DNA of 64,000 bases from Monocercomonoides exilis PA203. Its lineage: Eukaryota; Protista; Preaxostyla. The first letter of the stretch is position 1, and each line of letters starts with the position of its first letter. Location of the stretch: contig LSRY02000017.1 in NCBI GenBank assembly GCA_001643675.2, positions 744,001 through 808,000 of the forward strand, in the 5' to 3' direction. Below, one piece after another: positions 26,064 to 37,977 of this stretch. The notes below the pieces were generated by a model. It searched no databases, had not been told where the DNA came from, and was given only the letters and a program-made list of their open reading frames with translations. Made by a program: the position numbers and the translations under genes.

Positions 26064-29000
26064 ATGTCTTTTTTGAAACCTCAATCAACTCTTAATTCAA
26101 GATCCAAAACTCTTTGGAAAGAAATTGAACGCATCGGTGGAGATGATGTGGATTCATTGCTTGTCTATCTATTTTACAACTACAGGCAATCATCTTCAGT
26201 AATTAACGATTTGTTGAAGTCATTAAACGGTTTGATTATTATTTTGTCAAGTTTTCCATAGAAAAATTTATGGACTGTCATTGTTGTCATTTTCTTATTT
26301 ATTTGTTAATTATTTATATTCATAAACAGAATATCACATAAAGCTGCTGGAAGACCTGTCTGTGGTGTACAACAATGCTCCGTTGCACACTCAGACAACA
26401 ATGCTGCAAGCGCTTTCCCGCAACACATCATTATCCGATTTACAGGACTATGGATATGATGTCACAGAGGGAAAATTTATTTACGCCAAACAAACGCTGA
26501 AAAAGAACCAAGGCTTTATCATCCAGCCTCAAAAACCTCATCTTCCTTCTTGCAAAAGTGGTTTGAGTTTATTCATTATTTTCAAATAATGTTCTCTTTT
26601 TTCCTTAGGCTTAAATGAACAGGATTGGGAAAAGGGTAACAACTGGATGTTAGCCCATTCCACTGAAGCCTCGACATCGCTTCAGTCAGCAAAGAAAAAG
26701 CAGCGAGCTGAACCGGATTATGCAAGATTTATTAATGAAGATGCCTGGGAAGAAGAAATAATCACAGAAAACTCTTCTTCAAAAAGAAAACAATCTTCTT
26801 CATCTTCTTCATCATCTCAGCAAAATAAAAAATCAAGTGAAATTTCAAAAAATAATTCTTCATCAACAAATTCTTCATCTTCTCAACCTATTGATGCTCC
26901 AATCAACACTCCAATTTTGAGAGAAAGGAAATCAACAAAAAGAAAAACAAATAAATCACAGCATAAACGTCATTCGTCACTTTCACTTATTCCAATTCAC
27001 AAACTTTTCAAAACAAAAAAATCATCATCTTCCTCATCTTCCTCATCTTCCTCATCTTCCTCATCTTCCTCATCTTCCTCATCTTCCTCATCTTCCTCAT
27101 CTTCCTCATCTTCCTCATCTTCCTCTTCTTCCTCTTCTTCCTCATCTTCCTCATCTTCCAAAAAGCAACAAAAGGAAAAAACAAACACTTCTTCCTTCAG
27201 CAACAATGATGTATGGGTAAGTGATCAATTAGTTGAATATGCCACTTCACCAATTCTTATTCCTCCTCAAGCATTCCAAAATCTTCTTTTGTCATTTTCA
27301 AAAGAAATCAACACTTCATCTTCTCAACATAATACACAAACAGATGATAGTGATTTATCGCTTCATGATAATTTTGCACAAACAATGTCAAACAGCAACG
27401 CAATGGATGTTCTTCCTGCAATTCAATCTTTTTCTTCATCGATATTTTCAAACATTAACAAAGATACCAGTTCTTCATCAAAAACAGTTAACGGCTTGCA
27501 AAATTTAGGAAATACTTGCTATTTGGCCTCTCTTCTTCAATGCTTATCTTCAATCATTTCACAAAAGCCATCTTTTTTCAAAAAACAAACAGCTATGAAG
27601 AACACATCTTCGCGTGTTATTAGTGTTTGTCAACAATTGGCTAAAGATGGAACTGCAGTGCGTTCCTGGGTCCCATCATTGATCAACAAATGGGAAGACT
27701 TTTGTGGATATGGTAGCAGACAGCAACAAAATGTGACTGAGGCATTTGACAATCTTCACCAACTTCTTCAAAAAGATGAGTTGATAAAAAAGGATACCTT
27801 CAATCCTGTTTTAATCACTCATTTCAAATGCCAACAATGTCAAAAAATATCAAATCGTTTCAATGATATTTGTAACAATGTTGTCATCAATTCATCCTCT
27901 CCTCATAAAGGTCTATCTTCTCTCTTTTCTACTGAGATATTGAACGGGAAAAATGCTGTCTATTGCAACGATTGCAAAGAGAAATGCTGTGCTGCGAGAT
28001 GGGAAGAAATGGCAGCATTTCCAGAGGTGCTGGCCCTCTGTCACGAATGCACTGACTCTGCTTGCTCTGCTCCTTCAAGAACACTTCTAATTGAAACTGA
28101 TCGTGTTCACCAGCGATCGTTTATCAAAGGGTTTTCAACAGAAAACGTTCAACATACGCAAAAGAACAATAAGGAAAACATCATATATCATCTCGTTGGG
28201 CAAATTCTTTTCAAGCGTTTAGATCTACAAAATGGGCATTTCATTGCAGTTGTGAAAAGAAAGGCAGGAAGAGAGGCATTGTGGAATATTTGTAACGATT
28301 CTGATATCTTTGAATTGGACAAAGAAAACTGGAATTCATCATGGAAAGATCTTTATGAACAAGGTTTCGTTCCTTCGCTGACATTCTATATCAAAGAAAA
28401 AACAAAACAAACACTATCAACTATTCAATTTGGTGGTTCCTCCTCTTCTTCAGAAACATCTAATAACAACACTGTAAATAACACATCAACAACAACAACA
28501 TCATCATCATCGTCTCCATTCATCACACCTCCTCATCGTTCAACTTCCATTCCTCCACTCTCTTCGTCAATTTCAACGAGTTATGGATTGGAAGCACTGA
28601 AAGAAAGAAGAAAGAAAACGGGCATCTTTTCTCCGAATGAAAAGAGATTAATCTTCAAGCCCAAAACGAAACTGTGGAGTGAGTTCACAGAAGAAACAAA
28701 CATCAAAGTTTCTCTTTCCCATTTCTACAAGCTGACAACAAACTTCTCGAAAGCGAAAAGGCGTACTGATCTCTGCGGCATGTGCGAGAAACTCAACTAT
28801 CTAGAAAACAAATTAAAGTCATCGCAAAACAAAAATGGACTGTCTGAAGCAGAGTTTCATACACTTAAATTACTTCGTCAACATCGACTTGTTGCAGAAA
28901 TGCAACGAAAACATTATCAATCTTCTGTCGACAATCTGAAAGAGGGAGAAGCAGTCTTCGTCTTCGACTTCAAAGAGAAGTGGAAACTCCCCATCAGAAA

Positions 29001-29883
29001 GAACCAACTTCAACAGGAATTCTTCAACTATCAACAAGCATCTCAATTCACAATCATCTCTCTTCAAAAAATTAATAATCAACAAATAAAACGAACATTC
29101 AACTTCTTCTCCGACTGCCTCTCAAATGATCACAGATTTGTCATTGAGTGTCTGGAATCTGTGATCAAAAGACACTTCTTCTCAGACACTCACACTTTTA
29201 AGTTCTTCTGCGATTCAGGTCCACACAACCGAAATCGCTTCCTTCTTCACTTCATCCTCTCAAAACAATCCAAACTTCTCAAAAAGAAAAACACTCAACT
29301 CAACTTCTTCGCTGAGCACCATGGAAAGAATATTTGTGATAGTGAATTTGGTGCACTTGTGAACACAATCAACAACAACATATCAACTGAACACATCACC
29401 ACACTTCATGACTTGATCGACTTCTTCGACAACAATATGAACATATCGGCTTCTGCTTCTTCGACATCACAACAAGACATTTTTGAATCATCCTCAACTA
29501 GTTCATCTCCATCGTCATCAACTGCTAATAAATCTGTTCATGAGAGGTTCTTTGAAGAGTATGTACCATCTCAGCAAATTGCATGGCCATCACTGTCAGT
29601 CCCTCACATGAAGGACTACTTATACTTTGAGCGCAAAGGCTCATTTGTCTGCGCATCTGCTGTTGGATATCTTCCTCAACGCTCTCTGGTTGCCCTTGAA
29701 TCTTCGACAATGAAAGAAAAAGTTCAACGAACAAGGAAGTCATTTCACTCTGATATTACATCATCTAACTCTTCTCTTCTTTCTCAATCTTCTCAAGATC
29801 TTCTTTCAAGGAGATTTGAGCTTCTTCTTGACTCTTCTTCTTTCAATGAATCTCAAAATTGTTCTTTTGGTGTCCCCTATTAA
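26064..29883 (+). CDS. USP (peptidase C19) domain fused into a Sola2-like DDD transposase; 3 exons (26064-26229, 26330-26560, 26609-29883), ~1223 aa
   Basis: Phase-compatible GT-AG introns join three ORFs with no stops. The USP has a Cys box GLQNLGNTCYLASLLQCL, QQQNVTEAF, CxxC pairs and a His box YHLVGQI...NGHFIAVV...WNICNDSDI. The transposase has TDLCGMC, VFDFKE, FFSDCLSND, FFCDSGPHNRN and NFFAEHHGKNICDSEFG. Confidence 0.85.
27022..27158 (+). repeat. 9-bp tandem repeat (TCTTCCTCA)n encoding a poly-Ser linker
   Basis: The array is directly visible and gives a run of about 46 Ser in the ORF. Confidence 0.95.
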
Positions 29884-30962
29884 GAAACTAGTTGTTGTGT
29901 ATGCTTAGCTGGCACTCTATCGGAAGGGTGCTGGACATGACTGTTCGTATTGGATATTGCAGCCTCTGGGCTGCTTTATCCGGACCTGGATACGACGAAC
30001 AGCCTCCCAGGTGCACAATAGTTAGAATCCGATTGTTTTCTTGTGGTTATTGTCCCTGATATGTCCCTATAATTAAATTGGTTATTGTCCCTATTATATC
30101 TGTAAATATCGAGATTCATTAATAAAGAGAGTTATGAGGGAATTCATTGATCTTTGAGTGAGGTTTTTAGAATGGAGAGTTGACGGGAGTGTGAAGTGAT
30201 GTTTCATCATTGTGTCTGTCTTTTTTCTTTATTGGATTTGATCTTTTTGAGTTAAAGTGAGAGAAATATCAGAAAGGGGTGAGTGGATGGAAAACAAAAG
30301 AAAAACAGTCAAGTTTGTTTTTGGACTTAAAGTATTTGTAATCTTTTTTGTTTGGTATTGCCATTGATTCCATGAATCAGCTGTTTTGGTGCGACCTTTT
30401 CTTTTTCCTTTCATTGTTCAGAATATTTGGTAATTTGATAACGATGAGTGAGAATTTCGAGAGAATGAAATTGAAAATGAATAAGTCTGTGTCTGCTTGA
30501 ATGAACAAGATGCTAATATTGTTTATTTTGTTTATCGTTTGATGTTGCAAAAAGCTTTTTGAAATTGTTTATATTTCTTTTGTTTTATTTTTCAAGTGTT
30601 TCAGTTTTTTTGTTTGTTTGTTGTTGTTTCAAAGAACCAATTCATTTATTTCGAATCATATCCAACATTGTGCAAAGAGAACTGGTTTCATAACATAAAA
30701 AATCTTTATCAACAATAATACACAACAATAATGTTGAAATTTCGATACAACTGAATTTATTATTGATTTTTTAAAAAAACAAGTTCAATATAACATCTAT
30801 GAGAGATTATCCAAAGCTTCATATTTGTATTTTTAAAAAAAAATTAACAAAATTCAAAAATATCATTAAATCAGTGCGAAAATTTTGACAATATATATGA
30901 TATTTATATTTTGTCTTTCTCCAAATTAAAACGGAAAAAATTCTTTAATGTTCAAATAAAAT

Positions 30963-32170
30963 TATTATGGATATGATCATAAGGAAAAAAATATTTTTAA
31001 GGTATCCCACGAGGGTCACACCTTGGGTGGCATTTTTTTTGCACGAATCGATTTGTTGTTATGAAGGTGTGTGAAATATGTCAAAAAAAGGGGTACCAAG
31101 GTGTGACCTCTTTTTCGAAAAATGTATCTCAAATTTTCAGATCAAAAATCTGAGAAAATTTTTAGCTTTTTTGTTCTTTCAAGAACGAGAAAATGCTTAT
31201 ATTCTATTAGTGTTCATACGCTTCATAATTATTAAAACAACAATATTCATTAAAAATGATTAAAAAAAATGTGTGTTTTGCACTCTTTTCAAAGAGAAAA
31301 AATTCCATAACTTTATTTCAAAATGTTCTTTCAACAATTTTTCTCCACATTGACGTTGCATCGAGGTTTGTTTTTTGTTTTTTTATGATAAAAACACATG
31401 TTTTAAAACAAATCTTTTTCATAGACAATCAATATGTGTTCTTTCTTTGTTTTAAGTGAAAATATTTGTATGATGGCTGTGGAAATGAGTGTGTTTGGGA
31501 AAAAACAATCGAAGAGCAGTTTGACATTTACTTATTTTTTTATATGAATATTTACCTATTGACTGTATTTGTGTTGTTTTCAGTGCAGGAAATGGAAATG
31601 AATGGAGATGAATAAAAGCGGGATATCTCGTTATGAAGGGTGGCTATGGAGTTGGGAGAGCACTTTCATATGGAATGTGCTTAGGGTGAAGGGATTGGGA
31701 AGGAATTTGGAGATGATATTTTCAGACGAGAAACAAGGATATTTTTCAATGAGAAAGATGAAATTGAAGAAAATACATAAGTTTCACATTTTCAGAAGAA
31801 CCAGAAATCGATGCATTTAATAGAAAAATGACTTCTGGAAAGGATAGTTGGGGAATCAGAATGAAACACTTGAAAAAGGAAGGAATTATGAATTTTTATT
31901 GGAAGAAAGCAGTTGCCAACGGAATAAAATATAGACATTGGCTTAAAAATAGGTTCTGAAGGTTTGTTGTTGTTGTTGCTGTTTTGAAGTGATTATTATT
32001 TTTTCATTCAGGATATTGAAAAAGCGAAGGATTATATGGCTTTGAAGAAGAAGAAGAAAAGCAAGGAAGAAAAATACAGATAGATGAAATGCGAGATATT
32101 TCGAAGATTCCTGACACTGGGCTTTGGCGAGGAATTTTTTTTGAGGAAAGATGATTTTTTGTGAAAGAAG
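30963..32170 (-). repeat. Right arm of 1.2-kb inverted repeat
   Basis: Reverse complement of 24008-25217. The only difference I noticed is a 2-nt homopolymer length change. Confidence 0.97.
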
Positions 32171-32731
32171 AAAAGATGGAATGAAAAAGAGATTGACGCG
32201 TGCTTTGTATTTTTAGATGGAAAGAGAGAAAGAGATTGAGTTGAAAATGAAAAGGATTCAGAGGCTATTATTTGCCAGAAGAAGACAAAATCAAGAAGAC
32301 GAGAATTTCAATGAATATCTCAGTTGATGTAAATTAACACTCATCTTCTTTATTTCCAACAGTTAATCATTTCATGCCATTCATTCATCATTGTCATCTT
32401 CTTCTTTATCAAATATATCAACATCATATTATACGATTTCTTTTTCTTTTTTTTCTCTTTCTCCACCTCATCCTTTTCATCCTCCTTATCCTTCTCTTTC
32501 ATTCAATACACCTTTCATTCACCTCCTTCTCACAACCAACAGATCTTCCATTATTCCTTCTTCATTAGTTCTTCAATACTCTTCTCTTTCTCCTCTTTCC
32601 TCTTCATTCCATTTCCATTTCGCCACTCAACTCTTTTCGCCTTCTTCTGCATCTATTCATCGTCTGTATCCAACAGACATTTACTCATTTAACACATCGT
32701 GCACTCCTTCTTCTTTTAATTTTTCTTATTC

Positions 32732-35700
32732 ATGTTCTTATTCATTTCTCATTCTCGTCATCAACATCAGCATCTTAATCAACAACCACAACTTAGCTTC
32801 AAAACATCCCTCAAACCTTCTTCTTTCTCTTCTGTTATTCGTTCTCTATCAACTCCTTCCATCTCCACTTCTTCTTTATCGTCTTCCCTTTCTTCCCTTT
32901 CTCCTTCTTTCCCTTCTCTCTCTTCTCTCTCACACATCCCTTCTCTCCCTCATTCTTTTCTCACTCAACAGCTTCTTTCTCATTCAACTTCACCTGATTT
33001 TCCTCCTCCTCCGCCGCCTCTTTTTGATGAAGACAACGAATTTTCAAACATTTACACAAGAAAACTTCAATTGAGACAGAACAGACTGAGATGGGGGCAG
33101 AAAAACAAGCAGATACCGAACAAAGAGCAGAGGATGCTGGCTATTTTTACTGGAATGTATGAGAATGGGAATAATTTGAAAGATGGAAAGGAAAAAGAGG
33201 AAATGGAGTGAGAGGAATAACACGAATAACAGCAATGAGGGAGAGAGAGAAGGAGAAGTGGAAGGAGAAACTGAAAGAGAGAGAGAAAGAGAAAGAGAAA
33301 AGAGAGATATTTCCTGATTTTAAACTATTGGGCGATTGGGTGGAGCTTCTTGATACAGACGAGGCAGTCGATGAATGTGGAGTCAATCCATTGACACTCG
33401 AAAACTACTCATCTTCCAACACAATCAACACGTTTGGTTATCCTGGCTATGCAACCAATCTCATTGACGACTTTCTCTTTGAGCAATTACTGAACAATGG
33501 CGATGGCGTTCTGCGAAGAAGATTCGGTTCGCTTTCAAACAGCCTCATTTCGAGCAGAGAATTGTCTGTTTTTCAGTCAGATGCGATCTGAATCCATCTT
33601 ATGTGCCTCGAAGACAAAGACTGAGAAAAAGCAATCAAAATTTAACACAAACATTTTTTACTATTTAATTGCTGGCATTGGCACAGGAACAGAAACATCT
33701 CCTTCTTCATTGCCCAATGAATCTTTTCTTTCTCTTTGTCAGCTATCTCCATCTTTCTCTCCTTCATCTTCCTCTTCATCTTCTCCATCTTCTCCATCTT
33801 CTCCATCTTCTCCAGCAGTAACTGACCTCTCTCTCCATCCAAATCCACCTCATCGTTCTGAAATTGCTATGGCTCGCCGCATAAGAGCAATGCACCCTCT
33901 CCTCCGTCGATGCTATCTCAACCGCTGTGCACAATTGGCTGCTGCTTCTGGTGCCTCACGTTCTTCTTCTTCTTCCTCGTTGCTTCGCTCTTCTAGAAAC
34001 AGATTTCTGACAGGAGAAGAGCAGCAGATGAGGAGGATGAGATTGCAGTTCGGAAGAAGAAGGAAAAGACAATATTTTGTTCTTTCACGAGATGCGTTTG
34101 AGGCGCTTCCTCTGTTTGCAGAGTTTCGGATGGTGGAGCGGTATGCGGAGAATCTGGAGAAGAGGAAGAGAGAAAGAGAGAGAGCGAAGGAAAGAGAGAG
34201 AGAAGCAAGGAACGAGAGAAGAGAGGAGAGAAGATCAAGAGAAATGAATCAAATGAGGAAGGCATTGAAATCCACAAATGATGCAGATAACATTGATGAA
34301 GAAAATGATAATAAAGCAAAAGCAGAAGATAATCAGAGTTTATCGTTGATTAGAAGAGATTCTTTGAAGGAAATAAAGAAAAATGAAGATAGTGACTGTT
34401 ATTCCGACAGCTCCATCATCAGTGATGAAGAAGAGCGAAGAGAGAAGAGACACAAACAGAGAGAGAAACAGAGGCTGATGCGAAGGTATTACCAGGCGCT
34501 TGAGCTTCAACGTGATTCTGTTGTGAATGAAGTGCTTTTGATGGTCAGACCAAACCTGCTGCTTTCTCCAGCGCCGATTGTCGAGTCGATAAAAAGACCA
34601 GGAATGAGTGTGAATGCTGCAAAAAGTGAAGGAGATGATAAAGAAGGTGAGAAGGAAGAGAAAGAAACAACAAATTCTGGAAATGGAAATGGAAACAGGG
34701 AAGAAGTTGAAGGCGATGAAGATAACACGAAAGAAGAAGAAGAAGAAGAAGACGATGATTCAAACAACGATGAAAACGAAGAAGTGATTTTGGAGGATTC
34801 AATGAACAACCCCAAAGAAGCTGCTTCAAAAGCAAAGAAAATAAAACGGAAGCAGAAAAGAAAACTAGCATAAAAGAGTCTTTTACAAACAAAAAAGAAG
34901 AAACACATTCCGAAGAGCAAAAACCAGAGCCTCTTTCATCGCAATTACAACAAAAACAGCAGCAACAGTACACAACGCCATCACCTTTTCCACAGCCTAA
35001 ACAATACTCTTCAGCAAGAGAAACCTTTGGAACGATACACTTAACACGAGGGAAGCAAAAGGACGGCGGATGGAGATGGGGAGAGGAGCTATTGGCGCCT
35101 CAACAACGCTTCCGTCACCTGTTGTTGTTGTTGGAGGAGGAGTGGTGACGTTGAGTGTTATGGGGATGAAGGATTTGGACAAAGAAGAGACAAAGGCGAT
35201 ACCAGATGAGTTTCAGAATGAGAAAGAGAAAGTGGACGATGAAGAGGCGAAGATCACTTTCAGTTCATTGGAATATGATAATCAGAGAGAAAAACTGCTT
35301 CGGCTGATGAAACTGCAGGAAATACAGAAGATGATGAATGAGAAAGATGAGCGGGAGGGCAGGAAAATGGAGAAAGAAGAAAATGTCAAGAATCTGTTTA
35401 GCAGCATCCAAGGAATATTATAAAAACGTCTTGAGACCAACCAGAAGGAGAACAAAATGGCAAGCGAGGAGCAGCAAGAGGCGAAAGAAAGCCAAACGCC
35501 AATTTTGACAAGGGAGCGGAAATTGGACTGCATGCTGAATGACCTTGCTAATTCTGAACTGGATGTGCCCATCCGCTATGATTGCATCAAAAGCGAGGAA
35601 AACGTGCAATTTGTGTGGAAGTTACAGGAAGTATCTGTGTATGCAGCAGTCGAAGAGAGGCAAACGAGGGCTCGGCTGAATCTGATGAGTGCGCTGAAGA

Positions 35701-35800
35701 GCGGGCTAAAGCAAAGCTGTACAGAACTGCGAAGAGGAAACAGAAGAAACGCACAGAAAGGGAAGTGAAGGAGTAGGAAAAGGATCACCTTTGCTGTTTC
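32732..35800 (+). pseudogene. Degraded low-complexity, charged host-gene fragment inside E2
   Basis: Successive same-strand ORFs (32732, 33208, 33497, 35070, 35457) have coding-like composition and are broken by stops and frameshifts. I recognise no domain. Confidence 0.45.
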
Positions 35801-36895
35801 AGAATGAGAAAGGGATTAGAACATTCAGTCAGAACAGGGTGCCTGGATGAAGAGATACGTTGTAGTTCTCAAAGTTGGCATCTTTCTTCACGTAGAAGAA
35901 GTATTCAAAGGTGATGGATCTGATACAAAAATACCCTACCCACAATTTGGTTGCGCTTTTTGATTCAGCTGTTGATTTCACTTCAAATACAAACATTGCC
36001 CTTCATCCTCTCTCTAACTGCACTTCTTCGCTTGTCATTTCGTCCTTGTTTATGAACGTCCAATAGCAATCTTCTACTTTGCTCAGAATCTCTTCATCTC
36101 CCTTCCTTTTATCTCAAGCTGTTCATCCATCTGCTTCTAATCTTGCTGTCCTGGCTCACTTTCTCCACTTTCACTGACTGCTCTTTCTTCGTCTACTTCT
36201 TTTTCATTCAACTTTTATCGAATTCAGCTCCAGGCCTTGTCTTTCATTTCTGTTCATCATCGCAAAGTGAATCTTCATTCAATCACAGAATATCAGCTTT
36301 AGTTTACGGAGATCGAAGAAATTCTATGTTTATCCGAGAAAAGCAGACCATCTTGCGGGCGATTGAAAGCAGAGATTGATTTAACTATTTGCATTTGGAA
36401 GCTGAAGGATGCACCTGAAATTGAAAGAGCGAGTGGAAAAGATTTCTTTGAACAAACAGTTGCAGGGATGGTTTTTGAGAGATTTCACAATGCGATAGAC
36501 TTTTAATGAGTCATCGAAGATGAAGCAAAGAGAGAAAGCTGGTATTTGCGAAAAACTATGTTTGAAGGGAAGTCATATGAGATTCTGGTACTAATTGGAT
36601 GCAAGCAAGTTGAAATCGGAAAGGTGAAGAAAATATAAACTGAAGAAAATTGCCTGATATATATGAATATATTTCTTTTGAAGATACCACAGCAATGAAT
36701 CTTTTTTCATGAGCTTAATTTGTTGTTGATGGAGAAGAAAAATTTGATGAAGAAATGAAGAAGAAATAATATAATCTGTGCAGATTTTGCTCCGTGAAAG
36801 AAATGCATTGAAATACACTCCTGTTGAAAAGAAGATGAAAGCGTCTGAATTTTTCAATGACATGGAAAATACTCAAAATTAATAAATGGAAGGAA

Positions 36896-37270
36896 TCATA
36901 AAGAAATAAGATAAAGTTCATCGTTATCAATGATTTTTGCATCAGCTGCGCTGAAAATGAGTGTTTGAAGAGGAACAAACGTTGAGGAAAGGAGGGTGAG
37001 AGAGGCGTCTTGGAGGAGGGAAATGAAGTCGTTGAGGGCATACTCGACGTTGGTACATGGGGTCTGTTTAGGTCTGCCACAGGCATAAGCATCAGTTCCT
37101 CTGTTAGAAACGATTTTATTCAAAGCGATGAAGATGATCCAGATATTGAACTTGACTTTATCCAATGTTCCACTATTTCGTTTAACGCTTGATGAATTCG
37201 ATGAAACGAATAAAATGAATGGAAATTTGTTGGCCTAATAAAGGAAAGGGAAAAAATAGAAAAATGACTA
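36896..37270 (-). pseudogene. N-terminal fragment of an expanded oxymonad surface-protein family
   Basis: VSNRGTDAYACG...TPCTNVEYAL matches the recurring G-x-D-x3-CG-x4-PCxT motif. The frame is truncated by stops. Confidence 0.5.
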
Positions 37271-37800
37271 TTATTGTTCAATTAGTTTCAATAATTTTGT
37301 TTTCCTATCACTTTTTCTGTTCTTTTTATAAACTTTCTCTTTGCAATGTTGTATTTTTCCAATTATGAATTTGCAATTTTTTCTTTTGAAGTTTTATTTA
37401 TTTATTTTTGGCTAATTTTTATTGAACTTGATCAAAAAAATCTTTTCGCACTGAAATTATCAAAAAGGTATGTTTTTTTGAATATAACAATAAAACAAAT
37501 ATATATTACAGAAATAAAAGCTAAATACTTGTTATAAATCAATTTTATTTTTTGATCATCAAATACCACAATAGATTTTATTTTTTCTATTTTTGATCTT
37601 TTTTTATGATATCAAAAAAAATCACCCATATGGCAGAATAAGAAATTTAACAAATAATTGTGAAGATGTTAATTAGAAATTTTAATGAAAGATATGAATT
37701 GAGTGAAATGGAAGAAAAATTGAAAAATTGAAATTTGAAATATGAGGTATACTTGAAGATGAGTCAAGAGAAAGGGAAAAAAAAAGAAAAGAAAGAAAAG

Positions 37801-37977
37801 GAAGAAGAAGAAGAAGAAGAAGAAGAAGAAGAAGAAGAAGAAGAAGAAGAAGAAGAAGAAGAAGAAGAAGAAGAAGAAGAAGAAGAAGAAGAAGAAGAAG
37901 AAGAAGAAGAAGAAGAAGAAGAAGAAGAAGAAGAAGAAGAAGAAGAAGAAGAAGAAGAAGAAGAAGAAGAAGAAGAA
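37801..37977 (+). repeat. (GAA)59 microsatellite
   Basis: A pure trinucleotide run, directly visible. Confidence 0.98.

Larger units (their letters stand above)
17813..37627. mobile_element. Giant TIR element E2 (Sola2-like termini), 19.8 kb, carrying host-gene fragments and the USP-transposase unit
   Basis: A perfect 27-bp TIR GGGTGATTTTTTTTGATATCATAAAAA lies at 17813-17839 and 37601-37627, with ATAT on both flanks (17809-17812, 37628-37631). Confidence 0.78.
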
